Source: Aplysia californica (lineage: Eukaryota). From it: a stretch of 64,000 nucleotides of DNA. The notes beneath the pieces are model-generated. The model did not search any database. It had not been told where the DNA came from and was given only the letters and a program-made list of their open reading frames with translations. The DNA is taken from assembly GCF_000002075.1 (NCBI RefSeq), contig NW_004797290.1, positions 2,322,123-2,386,122 on the forward strand. Direction: 5' to 3'. Shown piece by piece: positions 25,401 to 40,400 of the stretch. The position numbers and the translations under genes were made by a program. The first letter of the stretch is position 1; every line of letters starts with the position of its first letter.

Positions 25401-28400
25401 CATACATAAATACATAATTTGAAATACATACATAAATACACAACATCACACCAATACAAAACAAGGTCACAAACATACCATTGCTGGTCACCACTGTGCA
25501 GCATCCTGATTTTGAGCTAGGTTTGTCGTGTCTTGCTCAAGGATACACCCCAGTGACCACCCTTCTGAACCGCATGTCACAGACACTTGCTCGACATTAC
25601 TTTTGAGTGTGAACTCACTACTCGCTTAGCCACTGGAGCCCCCACTGCCATAACATTTTTTTGTGGGAGGCGAAGAATCTAACTATTCCCCCTCAGTAGC
25701 AGATGTTAGGGACTTTGCGATCGAGATCATTAATAAAGGATTTAGAAAAAACTGATATTGTGAGATGAAACGGAGAAATATAATTCTTGGCGCTTATGCT
25801 TTCGAAGAACTCATTCTTGGAGCAACAGTCCACTTTTTGATGTCCTTTCATGAAATTCTACCCATCAAAGGCATACAAATCTTACAAATAACATTCACCG
25901 CACTTGCAAAGGTAGCATCAATTCCTCAAATGTACACATTATTGCTGGTCGTTGCACTGCAGCTTCCAGCATTTTTCGTCAGTGAGAGTTAAAATTAGTG
26001 TCTCTTTGACGAAAATACCCATCTCATAGCCATTGTCACTTGCCATTTCCAAACTTTTACATAATAATATAAGGGAATTCATTCACCAGTCTACCATGAC
26101 CGTACGAATCTTTTGGTGCAATTTCAGAACAACATCTCACAAATGAATGTATGGTACAGCAAGCTGAAATTTGACGGTTCAAAAAGCATCATGTTTCAGA
26201 AGCAGAATCCGCTTAAAGTAAGTATGAACCTTGTTGAATATTGTTGTCCTGAATTATGTTCATGCATTGGTTGAACTTATAACTACCTTGAAAGAAGAAA
26301 AGTATTGGCTGAACTTACATTGAGTATTGAGTGAATGGTAACTTGTGTCATCAGTTTGTGGTCAGGCTTCCTGTTTTTTTAGTTTGAGAATAAGATTCAG
26401 ATACTATGGCTTTTCCTGAAATTCACAGCAACTTTTTTTGGTTCAATGGGTTTTTTTTTTCTTGAAATGTGCATTCCCATTCATGAACAAGATGCCGGCA
26501 TTAATTTAACATCTAAGACGAGTTGTAAAGTTCCCCTTCTAACTTGTTTCTCTTTTTTTTTGGGGGGGGGGGGGGGGTGATTCTGTGTCCTGCTTCATTA
26601 AAAAAAAATAATTTATCATTAAGGCAATCCAGTAAGTGCTGGAATTTTGCTAGGCATTAAAGTGGCTCCCCAAAATGAGCTGTTTCCCTGAGTCAGTATT
26701 TCATAAGCATAGTTTGCAAATCATGTCTATTTGTTCTTTTTTTCTCAGCAGCTGAATTTTGTGATTTCATTCTAGATCAATTATGGCCAATGTATGGATT
26801 TATAGGATGAGTTGATTTCTTGTTGTTGAGCTCTGCTGATCCTTTAACAGCGCTTTGGCTATTTCAGAGACAAGATTTGAGTCCCAGTCTTGTGTGCTTC
26901 TGCCTAAGTAGCGGTACCTCTCGTAAATTGTGCCGTCCTGCTCAGTTCATCTGTCGGCCTTTATAGCTTCTCCTGTAGTGTCAGTGGGGTTGGCCACATT
27001 TCCTGTCTCAGGGCCCTGTGTCCTGTAATGCTGAAGGATGTGTTCCACTGTTTGGTCCACCTCTCCACATAGGCTCTCTTTTATAGGCTATAGTCACACT
27101 ATTTTTTTTCTGTTCTAATTCATAAGAGTCATGTTTAATTGAGATGTGAATGAACTTACAAACTGTTTATTGTGTATATTTGTGTAACAAAGATGTACAT
27201 CATCTCTGTAGTGAGAAAAATATAGAACTCTGTTTACCCCTGCTATACAGGGTGAGACAAAAACTTAGGAGTCGCTCATTTTTCTTGCGACAGCTATGGA
27301 AAATATAGTCTTTTTCATTTTAAGATGCAACATAAGGCCTATGGATAATGTTAAGTTTGTATAATTTTTCTTTTCTTTGCCTATTCTAGATTTGGAATGA
27401 ACGCATGTACTCTGTGGACTATATAAAGGTACGGTATTTTCTTGTTTGCAAGTTCTGAAAAATTTGTAACATTGGTTTAATACAAGAATTATCAGTCTTA
27501 AGATGTAATGTTTATCGAGTTTTGTTATATATCATCACAATCATTCAAGATTGTAGTATGGTAAATTTTTGAACAAAATGAAAGAAAATCAAGAATGTTG
27601 TAGAGTTTGATGAGGTGCATTGTTTGGTACTAGTCTCAGTCTTCTTCTTAAAATAGCAATAGCTTAACTTAACATGAATTAAACAATTATGTATTAACAT
27701 ACATAAGGTCATGCTTGAAATAAAACAGTTTTCTGCTTCTCTAGATTTTTAAAAATATGACAGTGATGAATGATGGGGATGATATGTAATTTTGATTTAA
27801 AGGGACTATTGAAAAAATTTGCTTTGCAGGCCTGTGGCCAAAAAATAGTACTTTGATCTCTCAGTCTGTCTTCCTCAAGAGTTTTATACACACTTTGGTA
27901 AATAAAGCATAATTGTTTGTTGGTGATGTGTCTTGTCTAAAAGCTTTTTGGTTTTGTTTTGTGAAGTGTTTTACGGCGCTCGCAACTGCATAAGGTCATA
28001 TGANNNNNNNNNNNNNNNNNNNNNNNNNNNNNNNNNNNNNNNNNNNNNNNNNNNNNNNNNNNNNNNNNNNNNNNNNNNNNNNNNNNNNNNNNNNNNNNNN
28101 NNNCCTTTGTTCTGGATTTCGACGAGAAGAACTTTCCCTTGTGTGTCAGAAATAAAATAAATTCACATTGAACTTGTGAGCTTGTTACTTGTATCTGTGG
28201 AAAAGATAGCCTCAGTTGATATTGCACATTTTGAAAGATGAACCCCAAAATCCTATTACAGTCGAACCTGCCATGACGGCTACCTGTATAATACGGCCAC
28301 CTGTACAAATGGCCACTTTCCATTTCCCCCTGGCGTTTTTTTCTGTATAATTTAATGGTGTAAAACGGTCACCTGTCCAACTTGGCCGCTGTCACCTTAT

Positions 28401-31400
28401 TTTATCAACCCACGGTCAAATTTACCTGCCTCAGGTGGCCAGGCATGGTCACTCGTCGCCCAACGCTTTGTCATCAATTTTGAATCGGCCCCTCACGCTG
28501 TGGACGGGCCGTCATAATTCATCCACCTGTCGCTATTGTTAGTCCCGCCAATGAATGACTACCTAAGTTGACCAATGGGTAGGCCTAACGATAATTTTCA
28601 ACTGCTGGTGAGGGTAGCGTGATCTGTCATAACCTATAAGCCGCGCCCACAACTCATGCAGCACACAAATCGTGTGTTAGGTGACTGGTCACTGTTTTGT
28701 TTACCTAATCTGCAACAAAGTTACAATGGATGTTGATGTGAACTTGTGATAGTAGTGTCGCTCTTTTACCGAGTGGTGGTGACCCATGTGTTTGTTTTAC
28801 CATGGCGCTTGGTCTTCACCGTCTTACTTACATAACATTTCATTTATTTTACCCCTGCACAAAATCAGCAACAAAAAGAAAGCTAACCAAAAAACAAACC
28901 AACAAAACTACGACAACAAAAACCCTTCTTACACCACCCCCTCCTCTTTTTCAAAAGAAAACAAAACCCCTTTTGAATTAACCTTACAGCAGTCCAAAGA
29001 TCAGCCCTGGTTTGGACCTCAGAAGAGAATGGTTTGCTTTCTTCATTTTGATCTGTCCTGCCTAAGACAGCCGCTTTTGCTATACGGCCACTTTTTTCCT
29101 TGACAATGGGTGGCCGTTTTATACAGGTTTGACTGTATATATATGTGCATTTCACACTCTATTGTTGCTCTTTGATGTATTGAAGTAGTTGTGACAAGAA
29201 GGAGAACTTATGTATATTTTCCCTTACTTATCTGTTAAATTTCTTTAAGAAAAGGAGTAATTAACATACCTTTTTGTTGATTGGCATGCATATGATCTAA
29301 TTCTGCAGCCAAATTTTGGAGCTTCCCTGCAGATTCTTAAAGTGGAAATAGGAGGAGATGCCGAAAGCACTGGTAAGTATTTTTAAACTCCTGTTTTTTT
29401 ATAGTAAAGTTTACTCATCTAAATGTTGAAGGAAAGTTATAAAAAGTTGTATTTTCCATTATGACATTATTTAAAAATTAATTGCAAAATTTCTGTAGTG
29501 ATTATGAAATTTGAGAAAAAATCTTGTTGAATGGGGAGGGTAATTATTTTATTATTTAAAAAAACAACACTTATATATATCGGTATATGGAATTTGGAAG
29601 AAAGTAAGTCTTTCCTTTGATGAAATTATAGAACATGCTTCTTATTGTTGATCTTAGCTTTTTTTTTGGTGGTAATCTCAGAGACTTGTTTTAAATCAGG
29701 TCATGCCTGGTTGTTGTATTGAGGATAGGCTACTTGGATGCTTCAATCATAACTTTTTTTCGCAAAGCCATTGAAACTTCTCTCACCACTTGATTTTACA
29801 AGGCAGAGAGAATGACTTGTTTGACCAGCATACACTGTAGAATATTGTTTTATAATATGTATTTGCAATATTTCAATGTTTCAGATGGCACCGAAGCCTC
29901 TCATATGCATAACAGCTGGGATGAAAATTACCAACGAGGTTATGAGTGGTGGCTGATGAAAGAAGCTAAAAAAGTATGTCTGTATGTTATATGATTTCAA
30001 TATAGGATTGTTAGTAACCCTACTCCTACCAATACTTTTTATGCAGATCTCATTTAATTCTTATTCAGTTCTGTTTGGTTAAAAACATAGAGCTTCAGAA
30101 CCCAAAGCCGCAGTGCTTTTTTATATCTATGTTCCTGAGTTTACCACAACTGTGCGAAGTTAAAAAAAAAAAATCCCCAATGAAAGATCGTTTATTCAAA
30201 CTTACAGCCTCCATCTTTGTGTGCTTTAAACAGATGATGTACTGAAGAAGTTTTCTCAAGTCTTTTTACTCTTTCCTGGAAAATTTAGGATCAAGCAGAA
30301 ATTGAAAGTACTGGTATTTTAAAACTGTATTTTTCACACCCAACGGTCATTAAGATACGTGTAATTCTGGAAAATGAATTAATCTTCTGTTTTACAATTA
30401 CTCTGTTCTTTTGGTAATATGATTGCAAGATGCAGCAAAGTGACTTGCATTAAAGGTATTTCTTTTTATGGTATAGACTGTTTTGTGTAAGACTCCGCCG
30501 TGTATGCCATTTTGAAAAGTGATGTATCACAGAGTCTTACCCTGATCGCGTAGTCATTGATATGCATTAATCTCCTGTGGGGGGTGGGGGGTGGGGGGCT
30601 CTTGTGGCGTAGAGGTTAAAGTGTTCACCTCTCATGCAATAGGTCCCAAGTGGGATCAGGATAGTGTGGGAAATTTTTCTTCTCTAAAACTGTCTCCTTT
30701 CACCTGCTTTCCTGCTCCCGAGCAATGTTTTGTTGTCTGTTTTCGTCTCCACTTTCTGCCCCCACCCCCTCACCTCCTTTGCCCCCTCCTCTCGGCTCCT
30801 GACTCTTTCTGCAGCCTTTCTCAGACTGCTGCTCCTTGGCCCCTTACTGCTGTCTTTCAGCCACACCCCTGATCTTATGGTAGGAAAGATTTACACCTAG
30901 CCTACTCGGACAAAGGGGAAAAATCTCGGAGGCCCTGTGTGCAAGTTGAGCGCTTTAAAGATCCCTTGGTTGTCCAAAATTGATAACAGTATGCTTCGGC
31001 CAACACCCCAGCAAAATTGAAAATTTCCCACCAAATGAAAATGTTTTATGTATCCTGTGCATTCATATAACCTTATGCAGTTGCTAGCACTGTAAAACAA
31101 TTACCCATAAAATTATAAAATCTCTCCTGTTATTTTCCTTGAACAGAGAAATCCAGATATAAAACTGTATGCGTTACCGTGGGGTTTTCCTGGCTGGATT
31201 GGACAAGGCCATAGATCTCCTTGGACCAATGTCAGTGTCACTGCAGATTACATCGTCAGATGGATCAATGGAGCTAAAGTTCACCATGACCTGAATATTG
31301 ACTTTGTTGGGGTGAGTGTTGTGGTCACTTCCTTTTTTATTGTTGTTGTTGCTTTTTTGTTGTTGTATTGTTGAGTTTCTTATCTGTTAAGTTAATAAGG

Positions 31401-34400
31401 GTGCCACTTTACCAGTTACTTCAGGAATTCTAAACATTTATGGATGGTTCTCATAAAGTTTTTTTTGGTTCTTTGAGGGGGGGGGGGGGGGGGGGGTGAT
31501 TCTGTGTCCTGCTTCATTAAAAAAAAATAATTTATCATTAAGGCAATCCAGTAAGTGCTGGAATTTTGCTAGGCATTAAAGTGGCTCCCCAAAATGAGCT
31601 GTTTCCCTGAGTCAGTATTTCATAAGCATAGTTTGCAAATCATGTCTATTTGTTCTTTTTTTCTCAGCAGCTGAATTTTGTGATTTCATTCTAGATCAAT
31701 TATGGCCAATGTATGGATTTATAGGATGAGTTGATTTCTTGTTGTTGAGCTCTGCTGATCCTTTAACAGCGCTTTGGCTATTTCAGAGACAAGATTTGAG
31801 TCCCAGTCTTGTGTGCTTCTGCCTAAGTAGCGGTACCTCTCGTAAATTGTGCCGTCCTGCTCAGTTCATCTGTCGGCCTTTATAGCTTCTCCTGTAGTGT
31901 CAGTGGGGTTGGCCACATTTCCTGTCTCAGGGCCCTGTGTCCTGTAATGCTGAAGGATGTGTTCCACTGTTTGGTCCACCTCTCCACATAGGCTCTCTGT
32001 TATAGACTATAGTCACACTATTTTTTTTCTGTTCTAATTCATAAGAGTCATGTTTAATTGAGATGTGAATGAACTTACAAACTGTTTATTGTGTATATTT
32101 GTGTAACAAAGATGTACATCATCTCTGTAGTGAGAAAAATATAGAACTCTGTTTACCCCTGCTTTACAGGGTGAGACAAAAACTTAGGAGTCGCTCATTT
32201 TTCTTGCGACAGCGATGGAAAATATAGTCTTTTTCATTTTAAGATGCAACATAAGGCCTATGGATAATGTTAAGTTTGTATAATTTTTCTTTTCTTTGCC
32301 TATTCTAGATTTGGAATGAACGCATGTACTCTGTGGACTATATAAAGGTACGGTATTTTCTTGTTTGCAAGTTCTGAAAAATTTGTAACATTGGTTTAAT
32401 ACAAGAATTATCAGTCTTAAGATGTAATGTTTATCGAGTTTTGTTATATATCATCACAATCATTCAAGATTGTAGTATGGTAAATTTTTGAACAAAATGA
32501 AAGAAAATCAAGAATGTTGTAGAGTTTGATGAGGTGCATTGTTTGGTACTAGTCTCAGTCTTCTTCTTAAAATAGCAATAGCTTAACTTAACATGAATTA
32601 AACAATTATGTATTAACATACATAAGGTCATGCTTGAAATAAAACAGTTTTCTGCTTCTCTAGATTTTTAAAAATATGACAGTGATGAATGATGGGGATG
32701 ATATGTAATTTTGATTTAAAGGGACTATTGAAAAAATTTGCTTTGCAGGCCTGTGGCCAAAAAATAGTACTTTGATCTCTCAGTCTGTCTTCCTCAAGAG
32801 TTTTATACACACTTTGGTAAATAAAGCATAATTGTTTGTTGGTGATGTGTCTTGTCTAAAAGCTTTTTGGTTTTGTTTTGTGAAGTGTTTTACGGCGCTC
32901 GCAACTGCATAAGGTCATATGAGCGCGCGGGACACTCCTAATATTTTCGGTTGGTAGGAAATTTTGAATTTTGCCTGGGTGGCGGCCGAAGCCTACTCTT
33001 ATTGATTTTAAACCACCAAGGGATCTTCAACGTGCGCAACTTGCACACGGGCCCTCCGAGATTTTTCGCCCTTGTCCGAGAAGGCTAGGTGTAGATCTTT
33101 CCTACCAGTAGATCAGGGGTGTGGCAGAAAGACAGCAGTAAGGAGGAGCCAAGGAGTAGCAGCAGAAAGGCTGCAGAAAGAGTCAGGAGCCCAGAGGAGG
33201 GGGCAAAGGAGGTGAGGGGTGGGGGCAGAAAGTGGAAATGAAAGCAGACAACAGAACATTGCTAGAGAGCAGGAAAGGAGGTGAAAGGAGACAATTTTTG
33301 AAAAGAAAATTTTTCGGTCGCTACCTGGATTCGAACCCGGGACCTTTGAGTGAGAGGCCAACACCTTAACCTCTAGGCCCCGAGAGCCCCCAAGCTTTTT
33401 GGTTTATTGAACTTCTTGGTTAGACATGGTAAAGAATGACCCTGTTTCTGCGGGGCTTGCAGACTATCACCTAATGTTGCACCTGTGCAAGCAGTTCCAA
33501 CAACGGCAATAGTAAAGGAAAATATAGCATGGTAGTCAACATTAGTGGTTGGACTTATAATCGATGATGATCTTGTTTTTCCTCAGAGATTGCGATCTAT
33601 GTTAGACGAACGTGGATATCAGAAGACACTCATCATTGCTGCTGATGTTAAGTGGGAAATTGCAAAGGACATTGAGTCGGATGTCGCCTTGAGGAAAGCT
33701 GTACATGCTATAGGGTACACATAATGTTTGTTAATATTTATTGATATTATTGTTTGCTATACGTCTAGTGACTTGACAAGGACCTCTACAATTTTACGGT
33801 GTTGAGTGTCTTAGACTCATAAGGCTTAGAGGTGCATAAGTAGTCAATATGTGGGTTTCATACATACACATTTTATTCTTTCATGTTTGTTTATCTTTTT
33901 GACTGTACCTGAAGANNNNNNNNNNNNNNNNNNNNNNNNNNNNNNNNNNNNNNNNNNNNNNNNNNNNNNNNNNNNNNNNNNNNNNNNNNNNNNNNNNNNN
34001 NNNNNNNNNNNNNNNNNNNNNNNNNNNNNNNNNNNNNNNNNNNNNNNNNNNNNNNNNNNNNNNNNNNNNNNNNNNNNATAGTCACTGGATGGACATACAA
34101 AATAATGTTATTTTTGCACATTTGACAATGACTAACAGAATATCTCATATATATATATATATATATATATATGACCGTATCTGGTACATGTTTTCTATTT
34201 TCAGATGTCACTATCCCGGAACGAAGTCCAGTGCCACTGCTGTGTCCTCAGGGAAGCAGCTGTGGTCCTCCGAGGACTATAGCACCTTTAATGATGAAGT
34301 TGGTGGTGGCTGCTGGGCAAGGGTAATAATACTCCGCCGTCCGTCAACCCTGATTGTGTTCTTTGATTTCACATACACTCTAGCAAACACGTAGCAAAAT

Positions 34401-37400
34401 CATTGGGATGCGGACATCTTTTCATGATGTAGACATTTCTTTGTGTACATGTTTTAAATATGAAGAATATGCGTGTTTTAGAAATTTTTTTAGACCTGAA
34501 TACTTGTTTGCCATGTATGTGTTTCGCTATGTGTGTGTTTGCTAGGCTGTATATATAAACCAATACCGGTGCCTACAAACCGCTCACCTATGTTTGAATT
34601 GACCCATTTTATGAGAGTTTTGTATGAGTAGGGTCTCCATTAATTAAGTTGTAAGACTGACAGTGGTACTTTTGTGGATTTGATAGTTGGCATAGCCAAG
34701 TGAATGGTGTATTCTTAGGCCAAGTACAGTCGAAATAGTCAAAGACTGCCACCCATTGTTGAGTTTCTTTTAGTGTTTTTCACACTACTGATCCTGAGAT
34801 GGATGTGGTTCAGTACCTTTTCACCTCAGGTGATGCAAGGAAACCCCCCAAAAACGGAGGAGGTCACATGCATACATTGTGGTATGCCGATGGTATCTTG
34901 GCAGTTAAATATTGAAGAACAGCAGGTCTTCCCAGGCTGGCTGCTTGTGTAAAATTCTTTATTCCTTCTCAAAATGGTAAAAACTCTGGTCAGTTTGAAT
35001 AAGAGTGAGTTTCACTACTGGATGAAGAAAGATACTGTTTACTTTTCAAAGATCTATTTGGGGAATGAGGAAGGAGAAGAGAATGAACCTGATGGAAAAT
35101 GAAAACCTCGCTTAAAATCTTTTATTTTAGACCCTGTGGTGCTTGTAAATCTCAAAAGTGAATTTTTGTGTGGTTATAATTACGATTACAAATGACTTTT
35201 TGTCTGCAACTTAGACTGTTACATCTTTCTGTTTCAGATCCTAAATCAAAATTACGTGAATGGGCACATGACAGCGTAAGTGTCAGTATAGGTTCATAGG
35301 CGTTTTGAACTTTTCTAGCACGCACATTGGAAAATTGATGTGACCCAAAAATCTTTTGTAAATTACAAAGTTTTCTATGTAGATCTATGTATTTTACATA
35401 CGAAGAATATCAATGTACAGGAAAAAGTTCAGGATTTGAAAATCTATTTGTGAGGCCGCACGTTGGAATCAGGCTCTCGTCAAAATAATCAAAGTGAAGA
35501 AACTTGAATTTTTCCGCAGGTTTGTGAATTTTTATCAAATTTTTGTTTTTTGGCTCAACACCTTTCAAGCCAATTAAAGAACTCATTTCTGTGTGGATTT
35601 TTCTGAAAAGCGTTGATTAAAGGCACAAAAATGTAAATTTTCAGTAACTATGGACTATTAAGCTAAGGAAATAACATCTTTGGAGGCCATTTTCTCACTA
35701 ATTTTACCTCTGAAAAAAGGTGACCCCCCCTCCTTCTTTCGCATATATCTCAACTTATATTCAAGATAAATGAATATTTTAAAAATCCAAATAAAGACAA
35801 GTGAACAAGTTTTAAGATGACTCCAATAACTCTACATGCCCAAAAATTGACGAGAGCCTGATTCCACCACGCTGCCTCACATTTGCTTTGTGTGTGTTCC
35901 TCTTGTATGTGTTTCACTATGTGCGTGTTTTGAGATGTGTGTGTTCACTTTGTATGTGTTAGATTGCATGTGTTTGCATTCTTGAGGCAGACTCAAACTT
36001 AAGTTTGAATTCTTATGTAGACACTGCCCACACCTGTCTGAAATACAACCCACATTCTCTCTGCAAGCTTCTAGAAAAGAAACTCTTTTCCACAGCATCG
36101 ACATCATGTTTACACCCTTTACTGACCCCTGGACTGGTGAAACCTTTCCTGTTTATACTCTTTCACAACAATGACTGCCCATTTTTTCAAATTCCTATGA
36201 ACAAAGCAACCTTCTAATGTTCACATTATTGTGTGCCTAATGGAAGTAAAAGTATTTATAAGTAAATTCTGACTTCTTTCTCGGGCTCTTAGAGACTTTC
36301 GTTACTAAAATGAACACAAGGCAACAGCTTAATGTCTCAGTTGAAGAAATGAAGAAATTTTGAATGAGGAGCAAGATGTATGCCCAGCAGTTTTAGATGG
36401 GTTGAATGCTAGCTCTGCATTTAAATTTTTGGTAGTATTGTTCGGGTTGAACAGGATAGGGTGAAGGTAGACAGGAACTGTCATCAAGCTGGCTTCGGCT
36501 GAAAAGAATGAATGACATTGCAGCATGAGATAACAACAGCAGCATGTTCTTGGATTTAAAAATATTTAGCTATACTTTGTGTCACTGTAACTGTCGGTGG
36601 GATTTGTGAGTTTTTTTAGAACAAATAGAACGACTTAAATTTTCTGAAACATAGTCAACAATTTGAAGACATTGTAATTTGTCCCTTCAGAAACCTAGTC
36701 ACCAATTTGAAGACATAGTAGTTTGTCTTTTGAAAAGGCTACTGTTGAGTAACAAGAGTGTCTATTTGGAAATGAATAATTGTTGCCCAGGAAGGATGCC
36801 AGTCAGACCGCACCCTCACCCATGTTTTATCTCCAACCACCAAGGAAAATGACCTTGTCTTGTGCATAGTTGATTTGTTGATTTGTTGGGAGTCCTAATG
36901 GTTTTATTCCCAAACCTTTCCATTATAAGCAGCGTCAGTAGGCCTGCACCATGAAATTGTCAACTATTATTTCCGACATAGCTGTATTAATTTGTAACTG
37001 TAGTAGAATCACTTTACGTTTGACTCTCAGTCAAAGCATGGGTTATTTCTTAAAGGTGATTTAGTTATCATTAATGTTTCTCACTAATTTAGTTTTAAAT
37101 AGGTAAGATAAGTAAGACAAATTAATGTGTCTAACGATGGATGTTTGCTGGGCACTCTGATTTAGTTTCTTTTTAGTCGCACTATTGTCTTGATACTGCT
37201 AGTTGCAACATGTTATTTGAAAAAATGCTAACTTACCTATAATTACAATTTAACGTGTCCCACTGAAGCCATGAATTTTTCACTCCTGTATCATCTCTGT
37301 TTGCAGTACCATATCCTGGAATCTGATAGCAAGCTACTACAAGGGTCTGCCATACTATAGGGATGGTTTGATGACTGCTGTGGAGCCCTGGTCTGGATAC

Positions 37401-40400
37401 TACGAGGTGGAAACGCCAATCTGGATTTCAGGTTAATATTCATGGTCAATGGAAACCTGAAGATTCCTCAGTATTGGGAAAAGACAGAAGGTTGTTGAAA
37501 TGCATTTGAACAAATAAAGAAAAGATACTGAGAAAATTGTGGACAGAAAGGGAAATAAATTGGACATCCAGAATGATAATCAGTCAAAAAGAGGTCAGAA
37601 CTTTTTCTTGGACATCTGTTAAATCACAAAAGGTTTAAATCTCACAGCATTGACATGAAAGTTTAAAGAGAGACTAGTAGAAAATTGTGCTATTATTACT
37701 GTCATATGTATAAACTTTTTAGGTGTACATAAAAAAAGATACATTTTCTTCATTCCAAAGAGATTATATCCCTTCTCAGACTGCTCATTTAGCTGGAATA
37801 TAAATGCAGGCATAGAGGGGCTGCTAAATGTGCAACAAATGTAATGGATTTCCTTTTTTTGTTCTCCAAAATTTCGTTATGCAGCCCACACCACCCAGTT
37901 TTCCAGCATTGGTTGGAAGTATCTGAGCCACGGACATGGTGTTGGTCACTTGCCAAAAGGCGGGTCCTATGTCAGCCTGACTGATCCAGCGGTGAAGCAG
38001 CTCACTATCGTTATAGAGACCATGGTAAGGCAAGAGCCAGAAAAGGTTATGATTTTCATGTATAAGAATTGTTTTTCAGCTCAAGAACCAATTTTTATTA
38101 CGAGTGATTTGTTCTTTATCCCTTGAGCATAAAACCATAAAATGCTTTGTTTTTAGCCAGTTGGGAGGGTAATTAATTGTGTTCTACTCATTTCTTGTTG
38201 GTTGGAATTATTTATTTTGGGGAAAATTTATGCGTCTGTGATTCTGTATTAGTGTATTTCAGTACTAATTTCAATTTGGTGTGATATTTGTTTCTCCAGA
38301 CTCATGATCATTCAAAGTGTATCCGTCCTGCCCTGCCCAAATACAGTGTGGCTCCTCAGAATGTGACTATAGTCTTAGCGGGAAATTTTGTAAGTGAACA
38401 AACTGACTCTATGTAGATCTGGTGTGTTTATTTTATAGTTTTTGTCTATTTTGATATTGCTATGATAATTTTTTGTTCTTTTGTTACGATTTTATTAGGC
38501 AGTTAACTGCATATCTTTCCTTTTGTTGAGAGAAAACTTCTTTTCCCTCTATTTACCGTCTGCATTTCTAAGTTAATGTGCAAGTCAACTGCATCGACCA
38601 TATAAAAGCAACCAGTGCAGATACCATAAATGAGAGATGTCGTGATGACTGTAATCACATGATTATTTGCTTGTTTGTTTACATAGTAAGGTTATATTTT
38701 CATACCTTCAGCTGGTATCAGAAGGCAAACATGATCCAACACCATGTTTAGGTTTTATTGGTGTATTTTAGAAGCTGAAGGAATGTCTTCATTAGCAGTC
38801 AAAATGCAAATACGTAACTGAAGTAAAGAGATAGGTCAAGACAATTTTTAATCTGTCTGTTTGAGGGTGAGTTTTTCCTGAAGCTAACCATGTTGTGTTG
38901 TAGTTGGCTGTTAATGCTTTACATCCAAACCGACACTATGTAGATAATTTATTTGTGGTCTGCTTTAACTCTGTCTATGATGGCCTACTTCGGCTGTTGG
39001 GGAAACGTCTCTTTAGAAAGATGGACATATCCAATAAAATTAAAATATGAAATAAAAATAAACTGCGTTTTATTGATCCCGGTGGGGAAAGTTGAATTAT
39101 AATGGCAAACATACATACATAAATACATAATTTGAAATACATACTTAAATACACAACATCACACCAATACAAAACAAGGTCACAAACATACCATTGCTGG
39201 TCACCACTGTGCAGCATCCTGATTTTGAGCTAGGTTTGTCGTGTCTTGCTCAAGGATACACCCCAGTGACCACCCTTCTGAACCGCATGTCACAGACACT
39301 TGCTCGACATTACTTTTGAGTGTGAACTCACTACTCGCTTAGCCACTGGAGCCCCCACTGCCATAACATTTTTTTGTGGGAGGCGAAGAATCTAACTATT
39401 CCCCCTCAGTAGCAGATGTTAGGGACTTTGCGATCGAGATCATTAATAAAGGATTTAGAAAAAACTGATATTGTGAGATGAAACGGAGAAATATAATTCT
39501 TGGCGCTTATGCTTTCGAAGAACTCATTCTTGGAGCAACAGTCCACTTTTTGATGTCCTTTCATGAAATTCTACCCATCAAAGGCATACAAATCTTACAA
39601 ATAACATTCACCGCACTTGCAAAGGTAGCATCAATTCCTCAAATGTACACATTATTGCTGGTCGTTGCACTGCAGCTTCCAGCATTTTTCGTCAGTGAGA
39701 GTTAAAATTAGTGTCTCTTTGACGAAAATACCCATCTCATAGCCATTGTCACTTGCCATTTCCAAACTTTTACATAATAATATAAGGGAATTCATTCACC
39801 AGTCTACCATGACCGTACAAATCTTTTGGTGCAATTTCAGAACAACATCTCACAAATGAATGTATGGTACAGCAAGCTGAAATTTGACGGTTCAAAAAGC
39901 ATCATGTTTCAGAAGCAGAATCCGCTTAAAGTAAGTATGAACCTTGTTGAATATTGTTGTCCTGAATTATGTTCATGCATTGGTTGAACTTATAACTACC
40001 TTGAAAGAAGAAAAGTATTGGCTGAACTTACATTGAGTATTGAGTGAATGGTAACTTGTGTCATCAGTTTGTGGTCAGGCTTCCTGTTTTTTTAGTTTGA
40101 GAATAAGATTCAGATACTATGGCTTTTCCTGAAATTCACAGCAACTTTTTTTGGTTCAATGGGTTTTTTTTTTCTTGAAATGTGCATTCCCATTCATGAA
40201 CAAGATGCCGGCATTAATTTAACATCTTAGACGAGTTGTAAAGTTCCCCTTCTAACTTGTTTCTCTTTTTTTTTTTTGGGGGGGGGGGGGGGGGCAAGAG
40301 GAGAAAGATTAAATTGTTGAGATCTAAAACTCTTTGATTGCGATATATCATTTAATAGAGTGACTTTTTAAAGTCAGAATCACCTAAATATAAACTCTAA

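Larger units (their letters stand above)
28104..40293 (+). repeat. Near-identical second copy of about 14396-26575 (GALC intron 2 to intron 13)
   Basis: Colinear at an offset of about 13710-13715 with only scattered SNPs and small indels. It begins right after a 100-N gap. Confidence 0.97.
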
